Positions 36,746 to 50,320 of a DNA stretch of 64,000 bases are shown here, one piece after another. Position 1 is the stretch's first letter. The number at the start of each line of letters is the position of its first letter. The notes under the pieces are model-generated. The model was not told the DNA's origin. It saw only the letters and a list, made by a program, of their open reading frames with translations, and ran no database searches. Source of the DNA: Tubiluchus corallicola (Eukaryota > Animalia > Priapulida); the NCBI GenBank assembly GCA_030141605.1, contig JAQGDQ010000594.1:62001-126000 (forward strand). Direction: 5' to 3'. The translations under genes and the position numbers were made by a program.

Positions 36746-39309
36746 AGTATAATATAATAGTATATTAGGTAAACGTAAAGCTCAGTAAAATTACTTTGTA
36801 TGGAAAATTTTTTTGGGATGCACCTTAAAATTCCCCTTTCCTCCCTTTTAAAACATTTTTACATTTGAAAAACATCTGTGTGTAAAATCAACTTGATGGT
36901 TGTTACCTAGCAACGTGACGAAGGAAAATTTTGGACATAGGGTTTGCTGATTCGTCATGGCGTGTGCTTAGCGACCCAAGTTCAGCAACACATAGATTTA
37001 TTGGCGAATTGGTAGGTGACTGTCTTCTTCAGTGCTGGATTTGTGCGCTTCTGTTAGCAATGCCGCTTCAGTCTTACCAGTCTCCTCGTGGAGGCTGTGA
37101 ACGCATAAAGTTACACTGCTGGTTCAGTGGCTCATCTTATGGGTTAGCTTGGACAATGGTTAGCCTAGGTTATGGTCCCTCTACAAGCGCTCACATTAAA
37201 CAGGCCTTAAGTTTCTAGTGTACCGAAACGTATAAAAAAGATGAACAGTTGGTTTGTCTACAAAAAAGTGCACTGAAGCCAGTTTCTCAGGTATCCTTTC
37301 CTTTTTTATATTGCAATGCATTGCCTTTTATGAATATAAGCACCTGTTCCGCAGAGCAGTCAGCAGGGGCAAAAGAAACATGTTGGCATTTTATTCCTTT
37401 AAATATCTGTTTACTTTTTGAGATGTTTTGTAACAACTGAAGACCGCATCAATCCAAACTTGAACCCAGAACCTCTTGGCCGCCGCCAACGTTACAATAT
37501 TTTGCAAGTACTCCTTTCAGACTTTCAAAGAAGATGAACCTCGCAGGTGTTCAATGATTAAACGAAACGCGTGACGTTAAGTTGCGAGCTATATGTACCT
37601 TGATTGGTATTTTTTGATTAGAAAAAGAAGCCAATTTCTTTAAGTTTTGTTGCAACCAAGAATTCAAGATAAATGCAAGCAGGGCGCCTAAGATTGGACA
37701 TCGTTGTCGCTGTCTTCAAAACTCAGAGAGATAAGTAATTGGTGACGTCATCGTGGATAAAAGAAGCCATTTAACACTTCTAGATTAAAATTTAAGGAAG
37801 CCACTGCCATTTGCACAACATTGAGGTTAACATTTAAGAACAAGAAGTAGGTTCATTTCATACACAGATTACAAGAGCTTTTACAACAAGTCTCTAGGTA
37901 AAAAGGTATTGACTAACTGGCTTCAGTCTATGAAGATGTTTGCACCTTTTTAAGTGTACTCACCTATCTCACCTGTAATCTAGTGGCATCGAAGGGTAGA
38001 AATTCTCTTAGAAACTATTAACGGCATCAGATAAAGATGCATAAAGCAGCGGCAGGTTGCCATAGAAATGCAGCGGCCCCTAGCGAGTTATGGCCGCAAA
38101 TCACACCTTTGTTTTGACAGGAGAGCGGAAACAAAGATTTTCCATATCGCCAAAGCAATGAGCTCAGAGCTTTTTCATGCGTCCCGCGAGATCTCGCGAT
38201 TGTTGGAGCGTGAAAAGAGGCTGCACTGCCCTGTCAATGGTGGAATCGTTCAAAGACGTGATTCAACTATGTGCCCAGTGTGGCTTCTAATGTGTGAATG
38301 CAGACTGTTGCGCCACGCAGTGTCAACAACTCTCAAAGGCTTTACAACTTTCATGATACCCCGTCAATTGTGACATTATCTTATGCTCAAGCTTGACCTT
38401 AAATGTGGGTATTAAGTACACGGAAAATACAAATATGTAAGTGCGTAAGTGAGCTAAATTGAACCGGGAATGTACAATATGGGTTTTCCTAGCTGCACAG
38501 CGATTGCTTACCAATAATTTTTCTCGGGCTTCCTATCTGCGGAATTCTTTACCAAAATGCTGTACTAAATTTTTTTAGGAAAACGTTTACAGGTGCCGCC
38601 ACCTGTGACGAGCAAATCAGTTCTAAGAATTCTTGGACATGTATTAATATTTGCATCATTCTACTTTAACTGTATGTGGCAACTACACCAGGTTGTTTGG
38701 GACATTTTGTACATTGTTATAATACATATGTATTGGATGAACTACAATGAAACTAAGCAATGCGAAGCCTGCTCAGTAACTAGTTTGGTAAGGAGAAAAT
38801 GAATTAACATATCCATCATTCTACCCCCAGCTGTAAATGGCCACTAATCTTCCTTTTTGGGACGATTGGTACAAGCATACACAAAGTAGTACGTATATTC
38901 CCGACCCATTACTGATGCCTAGAAATAAGTTTTGCAAAAAACGGTCAAAATGGCTATATATATATATATATATGCAGTCAAATGTATGCATATATAAATC
39001 AACCAAAAGTAATAACTAGGATTGTATAAACTATACATGAAGTTAAGCAATGCCAAGTCTTTTCTGTAAATAGTTTGGTAACCACCATGTAGACTGCATC
39101 TGAACGATTGTCTCCAGCGTTTTTTATTTAAGGAATTAAACTACACAGCATTTATTAAATAGAAAAATGCCCATTGTAGTCTACTTTACCCAAAATGCAA
39201 TACGAGCAGTCTTCACACTGGGTTCCCGTAGGCCGCAATTACCTATGTTAAGACACCCCGTCCAACTGTTCTGCGTAGCAGTTTGTCCATAAAGAAAGAA
39301 AATATGGTG

Positions 39310-39582
39310 ACAGAAATAACACGTAAAGTGCCCTTTACAGTCTGAAAGTACGTTATTTATTTCCTTTAGGAGCCTTCGCCCCTATCGGTCCTCACCAGCT
39401 GTGTAGACTTGTTCTGCGAACCTGAGAATGTTAGCCAGTGTTAGCCTTAGTGTGTTGATAACACTCTCGGGTTAGAAGCGCAAGTCTATTCAGCTGATGT
39501 TGCCCGTTAGGGGAGAAAGCTTTTGAAAGAAATAAGTAATCTTTCTAGAGCCTATAAACGTCATTTTACGTTTTATTCCTGT
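39310..39582. mobile_element. Imperfect foldback palindrome of about 270 bp (probable MITE)
   Basis: ACAGAAATAACACGTAAAGTG pairs with CATTTTACGTTTTATTCCTGT; CAGCTGTGTAGACTTG pairs with CAAGTCTATTCAGCTG. Confidence 0.75.
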
Positions 39583-42500
39583 TAAAGATGGCAAATCCCA
39601 CGAGAGCTCTCTCATATTATAAAAAAATATAATCATAACATAATATAATAATAATTTTTATAATTATAATAATTTTTTGTGGACATACAGCCGTCCAGAG
39701 ATAATACTTTAAGTAAGTTGTGACAAACCATCTATTATTTACGATATTTTTGTTTACTTGTTTGTCACCTTTTCATTTCACAGTCAAGTTCTTTATAGTG
39801 ATAGTGGTAGCACTTGCTAGTGTAATTTGCTTACATTAAATTAGTCACTATAGTAGTACTGTATTGTTAGCGTAATTAGTGTAGTAGTGTAGGAGTCCTA
39901 CTAACACCCCCTCGTCATGTGGTTGTGTTCTGCAATACCTGCAATACTCGCGGCTTATTTCAAATGTGTGAAACCCGTACAGGTATGAAGTGTACATGAT
40001 ACATACGTTACAGCTATAGTCTGAGACGTGCAACCAGGCAGTCAGTCGGCCGTTGTTGAAAGGCCTAGGTCACGTAAAATGACCATCGTCTGATGTTCAC
40101 ATGTCTGTGAAAAGACAGTCAAAAATGTCGATTAGCATCGTCGATGTTATAGTGCAGTAGACGTATTTCTTTTGTCAACAGTCATTGCTTACAGTGCTGA
40201 CGGGTCTATGTTGAGTACGTTGTTTTGGTTTGATGAGGTGGCTACCGTTACCGTCATTATCCGAGGAGTCGTGAAAACCTGCGCTAAAGTTCATGGTGGA
40301 CAGTCTATTGTTGGTGGAGCAAACCATAGTTGGTAAATCCATGGATGTTACCCCACAGGTTAGCAGCTGCAGTTTCACACAATGTTCATGGAGTGTCTGG
40401 TAAGACAAGACTTTTGTACTTTTGCTCAGCGTTTGCTAGCTAGCATAATTCCGTTTCTATATGGTCATCGTTGGATTGCCGTCATCGAGAGTGCGTCATC
40501 ATTTGCACGTGCTACCCCCACTAACACCTCCCTTCTCTATTATTAGACTAGAGAATATATTTGCTGTACTGTGATTAATTGTTATTGTTAACTATTTCTT
40601 TTCTCCTGGTTAAAGTAGTAATCAATTAAATTTTGTTATATACAGCTTAATAGTTGGTTTGGTATTCTATCTACCATCGAATATTACTAGCTCATTAAGA
40701 CTCCTAGGCTCGGGTTCCGCGTGCCCCCGTATGAAACAACAATGCCTTAGCCCGACTCCAGGATTCTAATAGTAAATTATCTAACACTATAGAACCCCAG
40801 AACCACGTGTTACACCTCGTTTATAGGGCGGTCGTGCCTGCTTTTCAAGACATTGAGACTCAGAGTACGTAACCTATAGACATGGCGTCACATAAGTCAA
40901 TACTTATTTCCAAAGTGGACGATAAATCCACGTGCTTGGTCGAAGAACCAGCGGTAGTATTAATAGTAGTCTTCAAAGGAAGGCAGGATGATTTTTCATA
41001 TACTACTTTTTTTTCAAGTACGGTAAAAAGTATACATTTTAACACATTTATTACTGCAAAAGCATTTCTGATAATTACATAATAGATTAAAATCTTAATT
41101 AATGGCGGGCGAACCCCACTATTGAAATCACAAACTAACATATTTTTCAACATCAAAAATATTCCACTAGCGTGTTGCACGTATTTGCGAAAGCGAAAAT
41201 TGGTGTACAGTGCTACTGTAAGATATTCAGTGTGTTGTACTAAAACTAGGCAAGTGTTAAGATAAAAATTCAAATTTCAAATTCACTGCTGCGCTCACCC
41301 ATCGGCTGTAGAACGTGTGTAGTTCGTCACAAACTAAAACATCTGAACTGGGGGGGGGGGGGGGTTGTGCAATGTTTTTCCGAAATGCAGGCGCTAGTGC
41401 CTGTTTAACTAGCGAATGGCGAAATGCATGTAACAGTAAAGAACTAGTGGCGGAAAGAAGCACATTACCACGGAGCAATGTTAACTCCGGTTCCATCTGC
41501 TCGCTACTTTAACACCGAATTAGTGTAATTTGCTCAGTGAAATAGTGATCATAAAGATAATAACATTACAAGGCTGCAATGTTGCTTCGCATGCGAAGTG
41601 TCAAAGACATTGACAAAATTAGTGACACCCTCATCTGCTCACTACTTACACCTAATTAGTTTTGCTCAATCAAATAGCAGCCGGGGATGATTAGTTTATC
41701 CTCCACAACACTCAAGTGCACACAACATTTAACAGCTATTATCTGATCATTAGCACTACTTCACCTGTGTGCCATTGTCAAGTGTGGAAAGGAAGCCAAG
41801 TGCCAATGAAGCCAGGTATTAGACGATGTTATTCGATTTTCCAGACAAAACCGGCAGGTGATGTAATTATGTGATTGTTAACGGGTTCTTACGGTTGCTG
41901 GAATGGCCTAGTGAACAATAATTATTAAATCTAACACTTCCTGTGGCAGCTAAGAGCGCCCCTTAATGGCGCTTGATCAGCACTTGTGAAGCTGTTTCAC
42001 GACCGAAGCGCCACTCAACGGTGCTTTTAGAAAAGCGCACTTCTCACTTCCACGAGAGATATTCTAGAGATTTCTAGCAGAATAATTCGACAAATGATAA
42101 TATCTAGGGGATGTCATTTGTTTCGCGACGGTTTAATAGAGTCAATGGACTTAATCTTGACTTGATAGTACGTTCTTAAAATGAACTTTAGTCGAACCTG
42201 TGTTTTTATACAATGCTGCGCTATGGACGATAAAAGCTAAAGTACAAGAAAACCCGCCACTTACATAAAGCCTTAAAAATTCGTCTGGAAATTTTACCAC
42301 TTGCAATACTCCGCTTTTGCACACAGAGATTACGTCGGCAGTAACGCTGTATAAAATTTGTAAATTTAAACTCCCGCGATTACCGTTAGACGCAGCCATT
42401 TTAATGGTGTGTCGTTTGAAAGTAGTTTGGATATCATTGACGTGAAGTTTGTAAAAATAATCAGAGCATTTGTAGCATACATGTTGCTAACTATTCGTCG

Positions 42501-42754
42501 CGAATTATTAAGCGTCGCAACATTAAAAATATTTCCTTAATTATACGAAGTGTTTGTCGCACTTTTATTACTAAATTCTTTCACAATTTTCCGCAAACAT
42601 TGAGATAAGCCAAAAAGGTCTTAGAAGGCTTGTATTTTCCTTTAAAGTAAAGAGAAAGAGCGCCATCTGTTTGGTAAGAACGCAACAATATCTCAGTTTG
42701 TTAAATGTAAGCCGGACGATTCATTAGACTTAAGCTAATTAACTATCCAAAAAT

Positions 42755-43234
42755 ATTGTACTGAACACCCCTTTCAGCGCAAAATGTAAGTTTCTGTTGA
42801 CGTCAAGTTATACATCTGGCCTGTATAAAAGCGGTCGTCTCTGCTCTTTTACTGGTCCAGTTAGTGTATACCACAACGGTTTAAACTCTATTTCACCATT
42901 ATTTTTGAATCTACTTCATGTAATTTTCCAATGAAGGTATCGTTTTTCTTACACATCATTCTGTTGTTTCATGGATGAATGTCAGAAGAGTTCAAGTCTG
43001 CTTGGCTTCCGCATCTGCTTGTACCAAAGCAACCTGGGTAGTTTTAACCCTCGTGGGCGAGGTGCCGTCTGCAGTTCCTTGGTGTCAGAAGTGGGATGAT
43101 GCAATAAACCCAGCCAATGGGAACTTACCCACGACCAGTAAAAGAGCAGAGACGACCGCTTTTATACAGACCAGATGCATAACTTGACTTCAACAGAAAC
43201 TTGCATTTTGCGTGAAAGGGGTGTTCAAGACAAT
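42755..43234. mobile_element. MITE with long TIRs of about 100 bp
   Basis: 42755-42857 is the near-exact reverse complement of 43133-43234. Confidence 0.88.
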
Positions 43235-44324
43235 GTACCTTTTTTCTTGTGTATAAAAGCTAACAATTGTATGTAATATTTGAACAATTACCTTGGAAAG
43301 TTAATTAACGGCAACCGAACACAGCTATCGCTTACGTCACAAACTAACCACACTTTGTGCAATGATAGACATCTCCCTTGCACTTCAAGCTCGTTTGCGT
43401 AAGCGAAAATTGATATAAGACGCTGTTGTGATGGTACGAAAAAGAGCTCTACGTCATACTGACGTCGCAGAAGAACACTGCACTTCATAATCATGCTTAT
43501 CATGATACAGCGACTTGTTGTTGGCCACGGGAATGTGGCAAAAAGGCGCCAGTGCCAGTTTCAGTGGATTCACTGAGCCGAGCGTAGCTTTGAAAATTTA
43601 ACAAAATTTAAATATTCTAGGTAATTATTATTTAATCTAAGCTTTGATTTGAAAATCATTTTAATGATTACTGCTACAGTTTCAATCTGAGCCATAAACA
43701 ATCTGCGACTTAGGCTATATATCTAAAACCCAAAATCGAAATAAAAATCAATAATAACTGGTCATTGTCATGGTCATTTTGATGGAACAAGAATTGGAAC
43801 AATTTAATTATTCACACAAATAATCCTCAGAATCAAAAATAGGAAAATTTGACGGAAGAAAGAGACAATATCTAAGATAGAGAGGATGTGTGCCATTAAT
43901 GACAATTTATTTTAAATACTAATAATTAAACTTTTCATTTGAATAACTAATATAACTGACAGGAAGATCTAACAATAATTGTTTTATTAGTAATTGTTTT
44001 GTTTGTCTATATTGTCCTTATATTTCAAAATTGAGAATTGTATGTATGCCTTGTTTTTTTCTTGTATTGCATGTGTTTTTGACACTATCTTCTGAAATAT
44101 CTTCAGAATTCCCCGTTACAAGGCCATATGCAGGAAAATTCCAGAAAGTTCTAGCAGAAGTAATAGCCTAAACTGCTGCGCTTCCACGCGTAATTGTGGC
44201 TTCGCAGCTTTTTTTGCACTAATGGCTTTTTTGGTCTTGAGCTTAATTGTCACGTGATACGATATCCCCGTAGCTTGAACAAGAAACAGAAACGCAGTTC
44301 TGTCATTAGATAAATAAAATTATT

Positions 44325-44402
44325 TACTCGCGTACGACTGACTACGAAAGTTAAGCATAGCGGAACCTAGTTCATGAGAAAGTGGGTGACTGTCTGGGGA
44401 AA
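44325..44402 (+). other. Possible degraded 5S rRNA-derived (SINE3-like) fragment
   Basis: GAAAGTTAAGCA...TAGT...TGGGTGACTGTCTGGGGA resembles the 5S internal control region; weak match. Confidence 0.3.
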
Positions 44403-45164
44403 ATGTTTAGTACCTTCTGAACTCAGGAAAAGACATAATTATTAAAGTCGTCTAGGAAAAACTGTAAATAATTTACATTATTATGAAAATGTGTGAAAGT
44501 GGGCCCATAAATTGACTTAAAATGAAAGTAAATCCTCACTTTTTTAAGCTTTAACAACTTAAAATCCTACTCTCATTGGAATATTCAATTTATTTTATTA
44601 AAAACTTACTATAAAACTTGCTTTTTAATATTTTTCATCTCTTGGCTGCTAGTGGCATTAAATTGAATTGCGCGAGACTAATGACGTAATAAGTGCGGTC
44701 ACGAGGTCACCAAAGATTGGTAAACAAACACCGGTAACCAAAAATGCTTTCTGTACCTCGTAGGCCATTCTCGCTCACTCGCGCCAAAGACGCGAAACAT
44801 GGCGATCTTTGCGGTAATACACGCGCCCGAAAAAGGTAAGTTATTTAATTAACAAGTTTCTTTTGTATAAAAATAACCATAAGTTCTTTTTGTAATCACA
44901 ATAGTGCTTTTAAAAACTTTCAAAGTCAGTTGGAGTTATGTATACAGGCTCTTAAATCTTACATTATAAGGTGCGCTAACTGGCTTCACACACAAACTGA
45001 TCGTGCACTAATGCAGGCCGGCTATTCGAAAAACACTCGCTGCATGATAAACAGTTGAACAGTATTTATTGATGAGAAAGATATTCCGCCGGGTTTATTG
45101 TCGCATCATATATTTATCCTTGCAATACGTAAAGTGTTTTGACTGTTTAAAATACAGGAACTAC

Positions 45165-46325
45165 ATGGAATACAACAATGAAAGACCTACTTAGACTACG
45201 ACCAACAATGAAAGAACTACTTGGAATGCAACCAACAATGAAAGATCTACTTGGAATGCAACCAACAATGAAAGATCTACTTAGAATGCAACCAACAATG
45301 AAAGATCTACTTAGAATGCAACCAACAATGAAAGATCTACTTATAATGCAACCAACAATGAAAGATCTACTTAGAATGCAACCAACAATTAAATATCTAC
45401 TTAAAATCAACCAACAATGAAAGTTTTACTTGGAATACAACCAACAATGCAAGAACTACCTGGGATACAACCAACAATGCAAGAACCAGTTGGAATACAA
45501 CCAACTATGAAAGAACTACTTGTAATACAACCAGCAATGAAAGAAGTACTTGAAATACAATCAACAATGAAAAAACTGCGTGAAATACAACAACAATACG
45601 AGAATTACTTTGAATACAACCAAAAATACAAGAATCAGTAGAATACAACAAAATACGTGGAATATAAGCAAACCAACAAGAACCAACAAGTACGACCAAT
45701 AATAGAGGAATTAATTGGAATACAACCAACAAGGCAGAAGCTACTTGGAATGCAACCAACAAGGCAGAAACCACTGGGAATACAACCAACAAGGCAGAAG
45801 CTACTTGGAATGCAACCAACAAGGCAGAAACCACTTGGAACACAGCCAACAAGGCAGAAACCACTGGGAATACAACCAACAAGGCAGAAGCTACTTGGAA
45901 TGCAACCAACAAGGCAGAAACCACTTGGAACACAGCCAACAAGGCAGAAACCACTTGGAACACAGCCAACAAGGCAGAAATCACTGGGAATACAACCAAC
46001 AAGGCAGAAACTTCGTGTAATACAACCAATATGCAAAAACTACTTGGAGTATAACCAACATTTCAAGAACTGCTTGGAATTCAACCAACAAGGCAGAAAC
46101 TACTTGAATTGCAACCAACATTTCAAAAACTGCTTGGAATACAACCAACAAGTCAAGGACTACTTGGAAAACAGCCAATATGCAAAAACTACTTGTAATA
46201 CAACCAACAATGCAAAAACTACTTGGAATACAACCAACAATGCAAAAACTACTTACAATAAAAACAACAATGCAAAAACTGCTTGGAATACAACAAACAA
46301 AGCAAGAACTACTGGAAATGTAACA
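45165..46325. repeat. 30-bp minisatellite (TTGGAATGCAACCAACAATGAAAGATCTAC and variants)
   Basis: Seen directly; explains the 10-aa-period ORFs on both strands. Confidence 0.93.
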
Positions 46326-46849
46326 AAATAACCAAATCTCTTAATTAATGTCTACGAATCCGCAAGGTAGTGTCACTCGATATTTTGACAACGCCTCTTA
46401 ATTGCGCTTTCCCCCCCCCGCACTTTTTCTGGGTATCAATGCGCAGCGTTGTCATCTACACTATTCGCAAGTTAGGAGATATGTAACGTTACTCCTGCAG
46501 CGCATCAGGTTTCAGTATATGCTCATTATTTTTCATGTCTTGTAAAGACAAAATTTATTGTGCAGGCGTAATTATAGCCTGAAACCATTGCTCGTTTCAG
46601 GAAATTAGACAAGATGAGGAGGAGAGAAATTAAAATAATGAATCACTGTAAATACTCGCACAACATGCATGCACATCTGTGGACCAATTGAACATTGACA
46701 TTGCTAGGTTTACTGAGATGAAGGAGAACAAGCTGTAATGATTTAGTACGAAAAGAGCCAGAATGATGGAATTTCTAAGCAGGAGTAGATGAAGTATATG
46801 CAAAGGGCAGAGACTGTAAGGTAGAAAGAAAAATGTAAAACGAGAAGTG

Positions 46850-46996
46850 AGTGACAGGAAAAGAGGGAAGAGAGACAGAAAAAAAAGAGAGCGTGAGAAA
46901 GAAAGACGAAAAGAGGGAGCGAGAAACGAAGAGGAAAGAGAGTGTGAGACCAAGAGAGAAAAGCCTTAAAAGATACAGGGAGAGAAAGAGAGAAAA

Positions 46997-47038
<42 letters not shown>

Positions 47039-47045
47039 GAAAGAG

Positions 47046-47100
<55 letters not shown>

Positions 47101-47108
47101 GAAAGAGA

Positions 47109-47159
<51 letters not shown>

Positions 47160-47316
47160 GAGAGAGAGAGTAAGACAGAGGAGAGAGAGAGAGAGAGAAA
47201 GAGAGAGGGAGAGAGTTGAATGGTGGCAGGGAAATGTTAAAGTACAAATAAGATGGAGAGAAAGACAGAGAAAAGAAAGAAAGAGCAAGAAAGAGAAAAA
47301 TATATATAGAGAGAGC

Positions 47317-47365
<49 letters not shown>

Positions 47366-47460
47366 AGAGAAGGCAGGGAGAGGGATATAAGTAAACAGAG
47401 GAAAACACAGAAAGGGGAAGAGAGAAGAGGGGTGAGAAAAGTGAGAAGAAAAGGGGAAGA
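46850..47460. repeat. GA-rich microsatellite at the 5' end of the large receptor intron
   Basis: Seen directly. Confidence 0.93.
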
Positions 47461-47475
47461 AAGATGAAAATTTAC

Positions 47476-48012
47476 CTGTGGGCTACTACATATGAAGCTC
47501 AAAGTCCAAGCAGTAATCAACATTGTTTTAGCTCTTCTGCTGGAACCACTGACTGTCAGGGGGTGACAGATCGCAAAATATCTGTCCAGGCTTATACAAA
47601 CGATAATAAACGACGATAGGTATAGTCCAAAAATGCGCAAAAACATCATAACACGACAGGCCAAATCGCTAGCCGTCCAGTACACAGTAATTCTCCATCC
47701 CACCTCCAGTGGCATGAGTATCAAGGTCACAATGAGGTCGGCAATGGCGAGGTGCATCATCAGCAGATTAATCCGCGATTTCTTGTAGGTCCTTCCGCGC
47801 AACATGGTAAAGAAAACGGTAAAGTTGCTGATTGCTGAAAATGTGAACAGGATCGCGTAAATGGCGACAGTTACCTTTTCCTCCACGCCAAATTCCATGT
47901 CAAGGATGTCAATGGAGCTTCGGTTACAATTTGGCTGTCTTGTTGAATTTAGCAGAGACGAGTTACACACCACTTCCATTGTATCTGTTGAGGTAGGTTC
48001 AATTGTGTCCAT
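47476..48012 (-). CDS. ACP/AKH receptor-like GPCR (GnRH receptor superfamily), first coding exon: N-terminus, TM1-TM4
   Basis: ATG at 48012; N-glycosylation sequons; SRINLLMMHLAIADLIVT..MPLEVGWRITV.W..CR..FLRIFGLYLSS..VCISLDRYFAI.HPL; ends SSPQ|gtaaat, phase 0. Confidence 0.95.
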
Positions 48013-48090
48013 TAGCAATGGCAAATCGAACCGTCTTCACTATGTTAAAAGGTTTGTGTCACCTAAGAATCACGATTGAGGTGTATTAAC

Positions 48091-48460
48091 AATTCTAGCG
48101 ATTGATGATTTTCGTGAAAAGGTCAATGGTTAAGTGCACCAGACAATGCGTTTGTGTACAGTTGATAATGCCTCGCAGCCCAAACTAAAGTAATAGTAGC
48201 AGTTTTAACAGCTAGTTAGAACTTTAATTGGTTCATTTTTTCTTGTGTTCGCAAAGAAGACACTGCTAGTAAATCGCTCTACTAATGCATAATTAAGTAA
48301 AGTCCACATAAAACCACGTTACTAAAATGATGCACCAGACGGCTTTGCTTTACACACATGTCACGTGATGGTTGTGGTTATGACGCGTTGCTGTGGTACA
48401 TTTAACCTTTGACCTGCAGTAACTGCGCGTGCGCACAACAAAACTGTGGAAAGGCTTATT
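48091..48460 (-). mobile_element. MITE family A copy
   Basis: Colinear with the 7397 copy; ends AACTGTGGAAAGGCTTATT. Confidence 0.85.
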
Positions 48461-49281
48461 GTTAAATGGTCTGTGTCACCTAACAAGCACGAGTGAGTTG
48501 TCTTAATTCACAAAAGATGAGTGAAACTGCAGAAAACTGTTGGAAAATATTGGGAAGAAGCTCTGTCTAAGTCAGCATTCAGTGTTTTATGCGAAGATGC
48601 TTGTTCTTTAATCTATGCATTTGAAACTTTATAATAATCACAAGTTATTAAAAAATATTTTTGCGAAAAGAAGCGAAAAGAAATTCGGCATTTTAGAATA
48701 ACGCTACTTGCTACAGTCAGCTGAATATTCTTGAAAAAGAACTAAATATCACTGAAAAGGTTTAATTAATGCAGTTTTTCGCATTGAAATCTGGCTCTTG
48801 TTGTAGGTGCACTCAGCTGATTTTAAAATATTTCAAGATTTTAGCTGTTATTTGGCGAATTAAGCTTCTGATTTCAAGTCGCTTACATCAAAATTCGGTT
48901 TTTGGTTGTCGAGCCCGGTAAATTTCACTCTAACTATTATAGCTGCTGTCATCTGCGTTTGAAACACTTCAAGATTTCATCTGCTAATTGTTGAACTAGG
49001 CAACCGTTTTCAAGTCATTTGCACAAAAATAGCTCTTGGAGTCCTTACCAGTCTTGAACGAATCAAGTTTTCACCGCCGACTGTGGCTGATTATCGTTTG
49101 AAATACTTCAAGACCTTTAGCTGATTTCGAAAGTTTTGTTCTATCAACCAGTCCGATCTTCTTGACACAATTGAGTTTTTTAAACGCTAAATGTGCCTAA
49201 TTGTCGAACACGCAGCTAAAATATTTCAAGATGCTGACTACTAATTGCCGAAGTAAATTTCCCTTTTGGCTAAGCACTTAC

Positions 49282-49490
49282 ACAAATTTCACCGCCGCGT
49301 TTTTTTCTATTCGATGCAAACATTTTCGTTGAGAAGTTAGCGCACGTGTTGAAATGATGAATGCACGCCGCTTCGTTACACTCCGCTCGCGGGTCAGGGA
49401 TAATACGCAAATACGCGTGCCCGAATGACAGTCCGTCTGGCTTCAGTTAGTGGTTTCTCGGCGTATTTGCGCAACTGCGGGACAAATCCA
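49282..49490 (-). promoter_or_regulatory. Putative promoter / non-coding first exon of the receptor
   Basis: CpG-enriched patch with Inr-like TCATT/CAGTT motifs; GTAAGT donor at 49281; candidate acceptor ttcttag at 48063 upstream of the ATG. Confidence 0.4.
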
Positions 49491-50014
49491 ATGACAAGAG
49501 TTAGAGGAATCTCTGCTACTGGTGCCTCGCGTTAAACGATCTCCACTCGTGCATGATGTCATCGGTTTCGTTACTTCATTAAGTGAGAGCTAGGCATGCC
49601 GGGATACATGACAGGATCTTGTCTATGCAAGTTGTTTATGTAATGAAACACTAATGAATTACCGAGCAAACAGAATAGATGTTGTTGCTGCCAGTATGCT
49701 GGTTGAGAACTGAATGCAGCTGTAACTGTTCTCTTGTTTTTCTGTGTTTTGTTTACGCGGTTTCATTCTGTTCAGCCGTCACATTTGCAAGCAGGCAAAC
49801 AGACGGATCCCAAAATATGAAAGTATTAATGAGAAGATTAAAGAAAACATAGAAGAAAGTAAAAAGAAACAGAAGGAAAGATAAATAGAACGAAGAAAGA
49901 ACAGAAAGAAGAAAGGATGGGAGAAAGGAAGGACGGAAAGAAAGAATGAATGAATGAAGGCAAAAAGGGCGCAAAAGGGCGAACAAAATATAAAAACCAA
50001 CAACAATGAAGAAA

Positions 50015-50320
50015 GCAAGCAAGCAAACAACCAACCAACCAACCAACCAGCCAGTCAGTCAGCCAGCCAGCCGCCAACCCACCAACCAGCCAACCAACAG
50101 CCAGCCAGCCACCAACCAACTAGCCAGTCAACCGCCAGCCAGCCAACCACAGAACCAACCAGCCAGCCAGCCATTACCGACCAACCGACCAACCAACCAA
50201 CACCAGCCAACCAACCAGCCAACCAACGGCCAGCTAGCCAGCCAACCGACCAGCCAGCCAGCCAACCAGCCAACCCACCATCAGCCAGCCGGCCAGTCAT
50301 TAACCGACCAACCCACCAAC
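50015..50320. repeat. (CCAA)/(CCAG) tetramer microsatellite
   Basis: Seen directly. Confidence 0.9.

Noticed and set aside
38165-38200. Palindrome CGCGAGATCTCGCG as a regulatory site
   Set aside because: A single short motif with no supporting context; such palindromes are common in transposon remnants.
36931-40408. Short non-repetitive ORFs in the large intron as a nested gene (36931, 38068, 40175)
   Set aside because: No recognisable motifs and no consistent splice chain found; cannot be fully excluded without RNA data.
45147-46331. Repetitive 10-aa-period proteins (MQPTMKDLLG, QPTRQKPLGT)
   Set aside because: A 30-bp minisatellite open in several frames on both strands, with frame-breaking indels.
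46966-47475. Leu/Ser-rich C-terminal half of the 352-aa receptor ORF as a 4-TM isoform
   Set aside because: Read-through past the gtaaat donor into a (CT)n intron tract; no evidence of intron retention.
48013-48024. Receptor start at 48024
   Set aside because: That codon is TTG; the first in-frame ATG is at 48012.
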